Assembly (NCBI GenBank): GCA_002269645.1
Contig: NIVC01002229.1
Span: 57,927-121,926 of the forward strand
From: Macrostomum lignano
Lineage: Eukaryota
Length of the DNA: 64,000 nt
Direction: 5' to 3'
Within the stretch, counting starts at the first letter, position 1. Each line of letters starts with the position of its first letter. Made by a program: the position numbers and the translations under genes. The notes beneath the pieces were generated by a model. It was not told where the DNA came from. It searched no databases and worked only from the letters and a program-made list of their open reading frames with translations. Below are positions 49,660 through 62,062 of the stretch, piece after piece.

Positions 49660-50280
49660 CCAGGCAGTCCTTCTAGGCTATCCTTCCCAGGCAGCATTCC
49701 CAGGCTATCCTTCCGATTCAACCTCTCCTAGGCTGCTACCCTTGCCAGACAGCCCTACTAGGCTACACCCTCCTATTTAACCCCTCAGGCTTCCTCCTTT
49801 TCTAATTTCTACCCCTCCCAGGCTACCCTTCCCAGGCTACCCTTCCCAGGCTACCCTTCCCAGGCTACCCTTCCCAGGCTACCCTTCCCAGGCTACCCTT
49901 CCCAGGCTACCTTTCCCAGGCTACCCTTCCCAGGCTACCCTTCCCAGGCTACCTTTCCCAGGCTACCCTTCCCAGGCTACCTTTCCCAGGCTACCCTTCC
50001 CAGGCTCTCTCTCAGGCAATCCTTCCTGGCTACCCTTCCCAGGCAGCCCTCCCATTCTACCCCTCCCAGGCTACCCTTCCCAGGCTACCTTTCCTACTCT
50101 ACCCCTCCCAGGCTACCTTTCCTACTCTACCCCTCCCAGGCAGCCCTTCCAGTCTACCCCTCCCAGGCAGCCCTTCCAGTCTACCCCTCCCAGGCAGCCC
50201 TTCCAGGCTACTCCTTCCAGTCTACCCCTCCTAGGCAGCCCTTCCAGGCTACCCCTTTCATGGCAACCACTTCCAGGCTA
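49660..50280. repeat. 14-bp minisatellite CAGGCTACCCTTCC
   Basis: GGCTAC at 49821 and 49835. Confidence 0.93.
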
Positions 50281-50546
50281 TCTCCCACTTTGCCCCTGCG
50301 TACTGTCTTTATTATGTTCGAAATTGAGAAGATTGTTTCACTTCGGTATTATTTAAAAATATAATGCATCATTTTTTACTTCAGACGCTTCACTCTCATC
50401 ATTTCAGGTGCGTACATGCGAGCCAGCTAATGCTGACGCCGAACTTTGTATTCGGCTTTCCAACGGGGAACTGTGCGTTTATGAAAGCCAATAGGGATTT
50501 GGGATGCCAGAAAAGATATTCTATTTTGCTAGGATCCGATAAATGC

Positions 50547-50907
50547 TGCCGCTTCGGCTGCAGTGACCGCCGGCTCAAGCGGAGGACGATCGCAGGACTG
50601 CTTGCTGCCTGCCGCTTCGGCTGCAGTGACCACTGGCTCAAGCGGAGGACGATCGCAGGACTGCTTGCTGCCTGCCGCTTCGGCTGCAGTGACCGCCGGC
50701 TCAAGCGGAGGACGATCGCAGGACTGCTTGCTGCCTGCCGCTTCGGCTGCAGTGACCACTGGCTCAAGCGGAGGACGATCGCAGGACTGCTTGCTGCCTG
50801 CCGCTTCGGCTGCAGTGACTACTGGCTCAAGCGGAGGACGATCGCAGGACTGCTTGCTGCCTGCCGCTTCGGCTGCAGTGACTACTGGCTCAAGCGGAGG
50901 ACGATCG
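50547..50907. repeat. 63-bp GC-rich tandem repeat, ~5.7 copies
   Basis: GGAGGACGAT at 50581 and 50644. Confidence 0.95.
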
Positions 50908-53900
50908 CTGCTCCGCGTGCTACCATCTACGAGTGCTGCGAGTGCTAAGGGCGAACGAAGGACTAATGAAGGAGCATATTATCCGATTTTCTTCAGAGGA
51001 GATCTTTGCCATTTATTTATCTTCGCGTCGAATTAGCAGTGAGTAAAGAATATGAGTATTTTATGCTGCCGCTTATGCACTCTACAATATCATCAGCAGA
51101 ATACGTAAAATGAGGTCGTTTGAAACAAAAGAGTACGTAGATTTTCTGCATGTATTTAGCTTCTTCCTAGTGAAATCAGTGAATTGTTTTGGTCGCGTAC
51201 ATAACCTATTCAGCTTCTCCGCTCATAGTCACTCCAGCATCAAGTGCTAACAATGCAGATTAGCTATGAACTGTATTGGAATGCTTTGCATCATGCATTT
51301 GCATTTTAAATAAAAGGACTTTTTCTCTCGTTCATTGGCAGGTGTCGAGATGAGACTAAGCAATGTGCATTATGCTGCTGCCGATGCACAGGACGCAAGA
51401 GTGCACGCAGGATCCTCGTGAGGTGAAAGAAGACGACGGTGACGACTACGGCATGGATGACTATTCAGCCACATTAGACAGAAATTAGCTGTTAGCCGAC
51501 GTAGCCGTATAAATATGTTTGGTCACACTTCTCTGTGCCCGTGGCGTATGCAACATTTAATCCATGACCTCTTTGCAATATTGCACTACCATCAAACGCT
51601 GACGCTCTCTCTGTCGCTCTGTAATGCTGTGATCAGTTTTTTGTCCCCCCCCCTGTCGAGCTTTGCTAACCAAACTGAGAGAACTATGCAGCGCATTTTT
51701 TTGACAAGCGTTGGCTATTTATATATTTTTCATTTTCTTTTGTTAATGTACAGTTTTACGAGTATATACTTAACTGTATATTATAAACATGTGACTTTGA
51801 AATAAAACAGACTGCACTGCTTTTACCTATGCTTTTTACGATAATTCACTCTGTCCTGTCCTGAAACATTCCTGTTTTATCGAATTCTCTTTTGATGACA
51901 CAAATATGGTCACACGACGGTCACAAAGAATAGTGGGAGGTAGAGCCATAGGCGAGAGGTATAAAGTATGTGATTTTACGACAAATGTATGGGAAGGAGT
52001 CTCAATAGTTTATCTGCCCCTCTTGGCCTCCCCTTCTCCTTCTCGCCCTCTGTCTCTGCAGCACCTGTTGGTTAAAAATGAGAGGAAAGCTCGGCGAGAA
52101 AAGCCTCTGTGTAAAAGTCTCGTGCTCCCATAGCCTTACATCCTGTCACTTTCTAAATAGCCATATGACTTTCCTGGTACATGGACATTTACATTTGTAA
52201 GTTGTTTCGATCCGATTGAGACAAATGATCTATAATTAGTATAGGTGGATATTAGTAGAAAAAAATTCAGTCAGTCTTATCGTGTACGAGCAATGGCGGA
52301 TCTAGAATTTCTTTTTGGGAGGGGCGGTCCAAGTTTGGGAGGCCAACATGAGTATGAGGGGCACCAATTATGACGGGGCGCAAAAATGCTGGTAATGCTG
52401 AAGATAAATTGACCGGGAAACACGGATTGCATGTTATTAATTTCTTAAATACGTATTTAAATTGAGAAGCACAATATCGGGGAGAAGTTTTGCCTTCTCT
52501 CTGCTTGGCAAGTGCACATGCACTATCTACATGTACATGTAGTTATTGCGCAGATTTGAGAGTTGTTTACAGGCTACCTTAAACAGGTAGAGGGTTACTT
52601 GACTTGGCTGCAGGGGTTCCGGGCATCCGGATGCAGCGAGGAGGCGTTGCCTCTTTAACTTCACGACTACAACTTCAAGCTTCGCCACCAGATCACTCGC
52701 CATCCGCATGTTGTCAGCATGATGTCACCGATGAATTGAAGAGAATGTCAGTTTTGACGAGCTAACATATAAGTTTTATCCGTTGCTCGAATTTCTACCG
52801 AGGAAAAAGCCTCTATTTACTACATTAGTGGTTGTGTTCACACAAATAAAATTTGTCCGATCGTACGTCAAACCATTGAAACAAACTTGCCTGGTCATAC
52901 TTCCACTTCCACTGAGAATTCACTACTATAGAGAGTTCTTTGCAGCTGCTTCTGTCATGCCCATTCTCTTGATTCTGGGCAGCGTTACGCTAACAGTTCT
53001 CTGCTTGCGTTTGAGAAGATCCTTGAAAAAAATTCTACGCTCAACTGCATGGACCCATGCAGATCTGCTGCGTCGAGTGTCTCGAAGGCTGGCCAACTTC
53101 ATCTACATGTATAAAGGCATGGTGAGATTCCGAGACATCCAGGCAATCAACCCCCGTTTGCTCTCACCGACTTCGCAAACTGAAGCCTTAGCAGCTTAGC
53201 TGAATGTTTCTTTCAAACACCTGGGCGATGCTATAACTTTGTTATAGCCATCTATGTTTGCTTTTTACAGTTATGCGATAAATAGGCAATTAGATAATAG
53301 CATGCACGGTAAGCAATTATTTAGGCCCTAGACAAACCTACTTGGAGCGTTCGGAGATTTTAAAGCTATTAATCCTAATCGCCTATCGCCGGTCGGCGAG
53401 TTCTACCAGTCTTCTCCAATAGCCGCAGGTACAGTACAAGAAAAGAAAGAACACGAGGGAACACAAACCGAAAGATTTGGAGAGTGATAATCCTATTTCA
53501 AGAATAACTAACTTGATTGACGGTTTAATTTGATTAGCTGAGTTACAAGATTCAAACAAACGGCGCAGATAACTAGAGTTGACAAAACGACAATAACGGT
53601 TAATAATAATTATTAGATTACACAACTGGCAAGCAGATCTCCACTGAAGAAGAAGAAGGAGGCACCGAACACAGGACCACGGAGAAGACTCCTAACCCCT
53701 GGCCTAAGCCAGAACCTACTCTCAAACGAGAGCCCTGCCGAACCGACCGTTCAACGGAGTACCGACTAAGTTCTATCGGCACTGCCCTTCAGTGTAACAC
53801 TGAGGCCCTCGGGGTCGAGGCCGCGTACTTGATCAGATCCGACAGTCTCTATCTAAACCGCGCTTGATAGCGACGACGTCAGACAAGGATGCCGAATCGT

Positions 53901-54344
53901 TACGCTACAAGGCTGAAGCGGTTGGGCGGGGGACAAAGCACGGACCGGGGTGAAGAATTCAGGCGCCTCAAAGCGCGAACCAAAGGGAAACAGCTAGGCC
54001 ACCGGCCGGGAAGCAAGGCAAGACAAAACCGGGGAAGAGAGGAGAGAAGTGAGATCCGATTGCCAGATACACTTTCATATATAGTCAGAGTCACAACCCC
54101 TCAAAACCCCCCTCAAGCCGGGTGGTGGTCGTCTGGCCGGCCGCTTGCTTAAGCCGAATTGAACTGTGCCCGCGGCGCCGGGTAGAACTGAAACTTGCCG
54201 CGTGCCAGGGTCCAGGCCGGTTCTGATTGGCTGGCCGCGCAAAGCTGGGGTTCGCAGACAAACTCAACCCTCCGCTGAGTCACAAAATTGGCGTCTAACT
54301 CTAACCTGTTTACAATTTTAGATTTCAACCAACTAGAAAAAGTA

Positions 54345-57107
54345 GGGTGTGTATAAAAGCTGGCACTGGCACATTGGACACATTGGACACCCCTTTTTAT
54401 AACAAAATTAGATATGAAAATGCAGAATAAACTTGCGGAGTTACTTTTAAATAATTTAAAAAAAATGATAATATTAGAAATGACATCCTTGCTTTCGTGA
54501 TAGATGATTTGTTAAATATTCTTTGTATTATCGTTTTTTGTACATGTTTAATTTGGCATTCGATTTTTTAAAATAATCGCACATGTATGCAAAAACTGCA
54601 GCTTGCAATGCTATTACACTGTGATTTTACTACCCGAAGGTTCTGTACTACAGGCGTACCGATTTAATGCTAAATATGCCTGATATATAAAATGATCAAA
54701 CTAATAGTCAGAACTCAATTTTCCATAAAATGATGAAGCATTCTGCTCTTATCAAAAAACCACAACTTATTTTATTAGGATTACTTCATGAAGAACGAAC
54801 TTTGGATATTCCAAGTTGCAAGTATTTCTATATTAAAAAAGTTAATACATTGGCTGATTATTTGATGAAAAAATTGCACCCAAAAAGTTTTTTTACTTTG
54901 TAAGATGATGATTAAATTGATAATTTCCAAGCTTCTTCTTTTATTAGTTCAATTACTTTTTCTATGATTTCAACCAACAAAAAAGGAATAGCTACTCAGT
55001 GAAAGTTCAAATTACAGTCTCTTCTTTATATACAATCCTTGTAAGAAAACATTATTATGAATAATTTGCCAAGTCATGATATTTAAGAAATTGTGCTAAT
55101 CATTTAAATTATGAGTTAAAAAATTCAAGCATTTAAGTAAAAAATCTACCTTACAGACCAAGAAGTCTTTTTACTGAAAAGTTATGTGACGCTTTGAATA
55201 AACAACATATAAACCATCTTCACATAACATTTATTGTCATTTATTTCAGGCCTAAATCCTTTAGCACATAAATATTCTGCACGTATGTTGCAGGGTATAC
55301 TTCCTTCTTCTAAAATCCTACAAATGCCACAAAGTTTTAATAGGCAGATTTATTAGTATTGTTTATATTAATATTTCTATATTTATGAGAAGTGTCCCAA
55401 TAAGAACAAGTTCCCAATCAGTAAAACACTATTTTTTAATTCTAATGTCCAAAATTATGGCATTCTAAGGGACCAAGTGATAGGTTTTAAGCTACTATTA
55501 GCACCTGCATGATTTATTTATTTAATACCTACACATTCCTTAATGTCTATAGTTCGCCTAATTGCCTAATTGCTAACCCTAATTCTAGCCTTCTTGGCTT
55601 ACAATTTTGCGTCTTCACAGCATATTATTCAATTCAAGCCCTACTAATTTTATTAATTTTATTTGCCTCTCTTAATTTTATAAAATAATAATTTTCTTTA
55701 GTGTAACTGCTCCAAACATTTAAGTGGTGTGCCGAAACACCACTTGCACCATTACAGCCCTGTCTATAATTTTTTTGTGCTAATTGGTTGACCACTTTCA
55801 ATAATTTTCTTGGGTCAAAAGTGTGATATATGCATATTGCAGCATGAATTTTTTAAAGAATCCCTAATTTTATACAAGGAATCATATATATTTATAGAAA
55901 GTTAGCTCTTAGAGTAGAGATAAAGTACATAAGACTATTAATAGCAACTTTTCATACAATTGCTTATGGTAATGACTTCTATTGTTATAAAGTTACAAAT
56001 AAATAAAAAGTTACATTGCATTTAAACTGTACTTTATGAGTTGTAAGCCTTTCAACTCAGAGTGCACTTCAATTGCTTTAATATACATTGCTAGATGTTA
56101 TTTAGCATTTCTTTGTTATTTATCATTTAACTCATTGCATTATTTAATTGCTAATTTCATTTGCTCAGCTGCAATATTTATAACTTTTTTATTAATGCCA
56201 ATGTTTGTTATACTTTTTCTCCCCATTTTTAGTGTTTGTGGTATTCTTTTGTCAAATTTTAATTTTTCAGCTGTATCTATCTTTACAAAAAATTGTACCT
56301 GTAAACTTATGGTTTTTTGCTTACAATGGTACTGTACTAAATTATATTTATTTCCTTGTTAGATTCTCTAAATTGAAAAAGTAATGCACTGCTTTATTAT
56401 CATCCATATTGAATATTAAGGAGTTAGTATTCCTTCCTTGAAAAAGATTCTAGAGTTGGATTCTATTTGATAAGAGAATAAATAATTTATTGAGTTTTAA
56501 TGTTTTTAAAACATTAATTAATTGCATTTTGATGGACATCATAACTTAAAAAATTATTCGTTTTTTATTTAAGACACGGGGGATTTTAAAAGTCCATATT
56601 AACAACAAATCAAACATTAACATTATGGGAGAGAGAGAGAGAGAGAGAAAGATTAGATTCACTTTCACCATTGCTGTTGATTTATGGAAAGGCAGTAAAC
56701 AAGCCAGAGCAGCTGCAAATTGTCAAATATGCCATGTCCGGCTATAAAATTCTGCAACTAGTCTGCTGCTCACTTTTTCCAACGTTTATTGAGAACAAGA
56801 AACGGCATTTAATGTTTCTATGTTTTCTGTAAGTGCACCAACTAGGTAAATGAAAATGACGTACCGAAAGTAGTTCGACAATAAAGCAAGATAAGAAATG
56901 AATTTAAATGTAGAATAAAACTTGCTGATACTACCAATCTCATGGTTGTTAAAAGTATATAAAAAAGTGCAATTATAAATAAATATTTACATTTTCATTC
57001 GAAAGCCAAAGTAGATTTATTTAAGCAAAAAAACGATCAAAACTCGATTTTTGTTAACATAAGGGGTGTCCAATGTGCCAAGTGGTGCCCTGCTTTTATA
57101 CAGACCC
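54345..57107. mobile_element. MULE-like non-autonomous DNA transposon (2763 bp)
   Basis: TIR GGGT(G/C)TGTATAAAAGC...CATTGGACACCCCTT; exact 9-bp TSD GAAAAAGTA (54336-54344 and 57108-57116). Confidence 0.85.
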
Positions 57108-57556
57108 GAAAAAGTACACAAAAAAACGCATGACTAAACTAAAGCAAAATAACAATTCAATAACAATATAGAAACTAATGCAGTCAATTTACAACAAAAT
57201 ACACGCAAAGATGCTCACACTACAGTTATATACGGAGTTTTCCGATAGTAGCATATCGTACTTTTCAATTGTATTGTACTTTTTGTACTGACTATGTACT
57301 GTATTTGTACTGTACTGTTTTGTACTGTATTTATTATTTGTATATAATTCTCACCGCCAGTAAGCTGTGGTAGATTTAGACTGCCATTATCTGCCCCTAA
57401 ATCAGTTATGCCAGCCTCGTGTGAGCTAGCGGCCTGAGTGTCAAGACACCTAACGGCTCCTGACTACTAGTCGGATGTCCACTACAGAAAAATTACCCGA
57501 CTAGTCAAGTGGATCCACAGGCAGCCGTGGAGTGGATTGAGCTGGACTACAGAACC

Positions 57557-60057
57557 AATTGTAGTCACTGCACGGCTGTTTTTTTAACGTTAAAATTAAT
57601 TTAGCTTAGTAGTTGTTTTTTTACACCTTCTTTTGAAGAATTTAAATGTTCTGACGAAATTCCAGAGACATAATTTAGTCTTATACAGTTAAGCCTAAAC
57701 TAACTGAACTATATAACTACTTGGATTACTACACTGTATTGCAATGTAAACTTGCTGTTTTGGGTTTAATGGTTTCTGCTTACAATTTTTAAACAGGCGT
57801 ATGAATATGTTTTAATAATAATAATTAGACATTGCGGTTGCGATGGCAATTCACCAACTATTTTCAAAATGGCAATCAAGTAGTTATCTATCCCTAGGAG
57901 TTGAAAGTGGATAAATATCTACAAAAATCATGTTTTCATAATAAAATGTTGAAAAGTATAGGATTGCAATATGAGCTACCATAGGCCTAACTTAACTGTA
58001 GGAATGATATCTAGATTAGGTCATAAATCATGTGATTTTGGAAAGTCTAGGGCCTAAAATGGCCTAAAGCTAGGATTTTTGTTTCTTATGATATTATGAT
58101 CCCTACTATATTATTTAGTAGCTCCTTATTTTTTAAGAATTTGTTAATGGCAGTTTCATGCCATCTATGAGTTATATTCTATCAGTTAATTTAGGGCAGC
58201 ATTTATCTTTAGCCAGGATATAATGCCAATTTTGCATACCATAGCAAGCAGTTTAATGAAATTTTGCTATATAGACTAGATTTTTTACTTTTTTAGATAG
58301 ATTCATAGTATTCATATTATACTATGTTATGTTTCTTATGACTTTTTTGTATAACTATAGTAAACTTATTTAAATGTTATAGGTTTTACTTTATTTTTGC
58401 ACTATAGATTAGATCTTCATGCTATTTTTATATACTAGGGCCCTATGCCACATTTGGCATCAGTTTTACACTATAGGCCAGATTTGTGTATCATTTTGTG
58501 TTTTCCATCTATGAATTTGACTCCATTTGACCCAAACCCCCTTGATGTTCTAGATACAACACTCTGAGAAAATGGGATGAGATTCTCCCAAGATTACAAG
58601 CAATGCAGAAGCAGCAGCACGATGCCTATGCCCATGACTGTCGCATTGAGATGGGTGACGCAGTCGTCAAGAGGGACTTTGCTGCTGACGGCAGCTGGAA
58701 GCCTGCTGTTGTGACCGACTGCTGTGGGGCTGCGTCTTTCTTTTGCCAGTTTGAGGATGGTCGAGAGGTCCATTGGCACATTGATCAAGTGTGCAAGCCG
58801 CTGGAGCCTGCGACGCCTTCGAAAGTCGAGCAGCCGCCATGTGCCGAGGTGCCTGACAATCAACCGGAGGCCCCTGCGGAGACGCCTGGCCAGGCGCCAG
58901 AGTTGAGCTGCTCCGCGGCGCCACTTCGACATTCGACCAGGGCGAGAGCTGAACCTGACCAGCTGCGCTACCAGTGACTATGGACTGTTCCTCTATGGAC
59001 TGTGAACGTCTTTTATTCTCGTTTTTATCCAACGCTTAATCAATTTGTGGGGAGTGTGGTGACTTGGCTGGGCAAATTGTTGTTTGTTTTGTTAGCTTGT
59101 TTTTACTCCGTGTTTTGAGGTGGTTTTTTACCAGTTTCGCTGCGTGCTCCCTTCTGCGATATTTCGCTGTACATTCTTATGTGCGCTCTGCATTCTGGCC
59201 GCTCTTGCTTTCCACCCTTAAGCCTCTTACACCCAATGTATCGTGCTCAATATTTACAATATAAATTGCAGTCGCTTTCCTCGTATCAAGCGTCTCGTTC
59301 TACAATCTAAAGTGAAGTCTTTACAGTTTATAATGTTAAATAATGCTCAACCAAATCCGTATCACAACCCTTAACCCAACCTCTGTTTTCAACTGTTTAG
59401 CAACTTTTTCTCTTTGTTTTCTTGCTTATTGGTTGAAAAGTTAATCTTGTATCATTAATAGCATTTGATAATACACTAGTGTGCTTGTGGTGGATTTACT
59501 GTTGCGGTTTTCTTTTAATTCAATTATTTTAAGTTCTTCTAAATCGTTCTTATTTCACAATCATTTAATCCTGGACATGGTTGGTTGTTGGTTGTGTATA
59601 TTTGTGCAGAGCTATAGATCGAGGAACTGAGTCTGGTGGATATCTAATATATCTTACGTATCTAATTCCGAGGGGAAATCAATTAAAATAGTTAAACTAG
59701 GCTCATATACATTACCACTGCAATACACTAACATATGCTAGGAATGACTTGGGACTTTTAAATCGATTCGTGTCATGTCGTTTTCCCATTCACCTTTTCT
59801 TTTTCATGTAATACCGAATTGTACAGAACAACAAGTGATAGAAAGTGAAAGTGGCACTACATGTAGTCAATCTGTAAGAAGCAATATAAGCTTTATAAAA
59901 GCTGAATACAAAGTATAGTGCAAAGCTACTCGGCATTACCGCGGTCAGCCGACCTCGGCCCGAGGTCGTCGGCCCGAGCTAGAACCGCCGTCAACCCGCC
60001 GAGCTCGGCCCGATCTCGGCGGGCCGAGCTCGGGCCGAGCGCGGCTTTGCCACTGGG
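57557..60057. mobile_element. Family X right half (includes gypsy 3' fragment)
   Basis: Collinear with 24490-26918; ends GCTTTGCCACTGGG at 60057. Confidence 0.8.
58603..58977 (+). pseudogene. Captured gypsy integrase C-terminal fragment (124-aa ORF), followed by PPT and LTR 59055-59366
   Basis: QKQQHD...IEMGDAVVKRDF...WKPAVV...GAAS...WHIDQ...LRHSTRARAEPDQL resembles gypsy/Mag integrase tails. Confidence 0.7.
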
Positions 60058-62062
60058 CGATCGGCCATGCTAAAGTCGACCAGCCGACGTCGGCCCGAAC
60101 TCGGGAGAACCTCGGGGTGCCGCGTCGTTAACCAATTGTTGCTTGGGGGCAGTGTCCCTTATCATCGGCAGCCCGATTTCGAAAGTTCCGGTTTGGTGAG
60201 CCAGAACGCACGGGCTGGTGGCAGCGGGTTAGTTAATCTGCGGATTAGCTATTCTCTACCTTAGAAATTCTCGCTGCTTAATTGTCTCTCGCTGTCTTCT
60301 CCTAGCTATAGGACCTAGACTGCTCGCCACAGATCAAGCTACCATGGGGCTGACCAATCTGACTGGAGTGGAGGGCCAGGACTCTAATTGATTTATTTCT
60401 GAGACCTGGGGCCTGAAGGCTTCCCTTAAGGAGCCGAAAAGGCCGAAACCCATCATGTATTTACATATTGGAAATTCTGCAATAAATACCACTATACAGT
60501 GTTAGCAGCCCATGCCTATGCTTTGGATCAGACGTGCATGTGCTGATCAATGTGTGGATACAGTTGTAGTTGTGTGAAAATAGCTTATAAGGTTATTGTT
60601 TTTATAGTGATTAAGGTTAAATTTCTTTCATAGTGACGGGTTTTTATGGTTTACAGTACAGCGATTATTATATTTTTGCCGGACTAGAAAATAGCCAAAA
60701 TTACAAAAAAAATAAAAACAATATTTTAATTTATTAAATTCATATTTTTTAAGCAATAAATTGTTAAAGCGATTATTTAATATTGTTATACCCAATCTTA
60801 GATTGACTTTAAAGTGGAAGAATAAGTATTTCTTAGAAAAATGACAAGGAATTGTCCGTACCGTACGTTGATGTTAAGTAAAGTGTAAAGTAACGCTTTG
60901 GTAGGCAGTTAGTAAGCTCTCTGCTCTGAGGATGTAGTGGTCACCGGAATTGGATTGTCTGCGTTTTTTAAACTAATACTTCAAAGTGGATTTCAGTCAT
61001 ACTCATACCGAAATGCAACAGTTATTGAAACAGAAAGGTTTTCTGCAACGGACTTTTTTATTATTTTTAAGTGACGAACGAAAATTTCAGTTTGGCCAAA
61101 CTGTAGCTGTAGGCTTAGATTTTAGTTTGATGTGTCCACTGATGCTCAAGTAAAGTCTTCGAATGTAAAAAATATGTTCATAATTTATTTTAAAAGAATC
61201 AAAACCTTTTACTTTGGTTTGTTTGTTTCATTCTCATTCACTGTTCTTTGACTATGCCTATCTATAACTATAAGCAATGATATATTTAGATCATTTTGCA
61301 ATTTTTTTAGTGCTTGAAATTCTCAAGAGCATATTATGAGTATGACCATGGATGGGCTCAGCCTAATTTGTTTTGCATATCAGTTAGTTCTATCACTATC
61401 AGAAATCTCAGTATTATTCCTGTTATTTTTAATAAATTGGCCTATCTATGTAAGTATTTATTAAGTTATTAATTATAATTTATATGATTTTCTTTGGTAT
61501 GAAGCCAAAGGGATAAAGGGTTGTCATATCTCTAAGTGTGGCATTTTAATTAAAGTACTTATGAGGGTGTGCAGCCATTTTGTCTGCTGGTTTTGTTTGC
61601 CAGCAGACAAAATGACTTGTTCAACAGAAAAAAATGAAAATTTAGTTACATAGCTTATAAAGCTAATTTTTCAAATTTAGATATTACAAGTCATGCAAAA
61701 CCAAAAATAGTTATTATACAATATAATTTTTTGCAGGCGTAATTTGTTTATTAATTATTGTAATCTTTCTAAGTATTAAAATTTAAATTTCTGTTGAGAA
61801 AAAAAAGTTATAAGCTGTGGTTACAAATATTAAAGGTAGGAGTTAGCAGTTAAATACAATTAGTTGGCTGTTATAAGCCTTATCTAATGATGATAATGTA
61901 TTTGCTATCCCTGTTGTAATGCTTACTTGTTATAAACAAAAAGTTACAATTATAGCCTATAGGTCAATGTTTGGGTCACTTGGAAAAAATCAATTTTTTA
62001 GATACATATACACTCATGCTTCTAACATAATGAGTTCTTTATCTTCACTACCACTATAAGTA

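Noticed and set aside
52291-52305. CAATGGCGGATCTAG, a hAT-like TIR
   Set aside because: No convincing partner TIR or 8-bp TSD; the best candidate near 53635 is poor.
52527-54314. Possible LTR plus gag remnant on the minus strand
   Set aside because: There is a TGTAAACA-like end and a CCAAT box, but no second end, PBS, TSD or recognisable protein motif.
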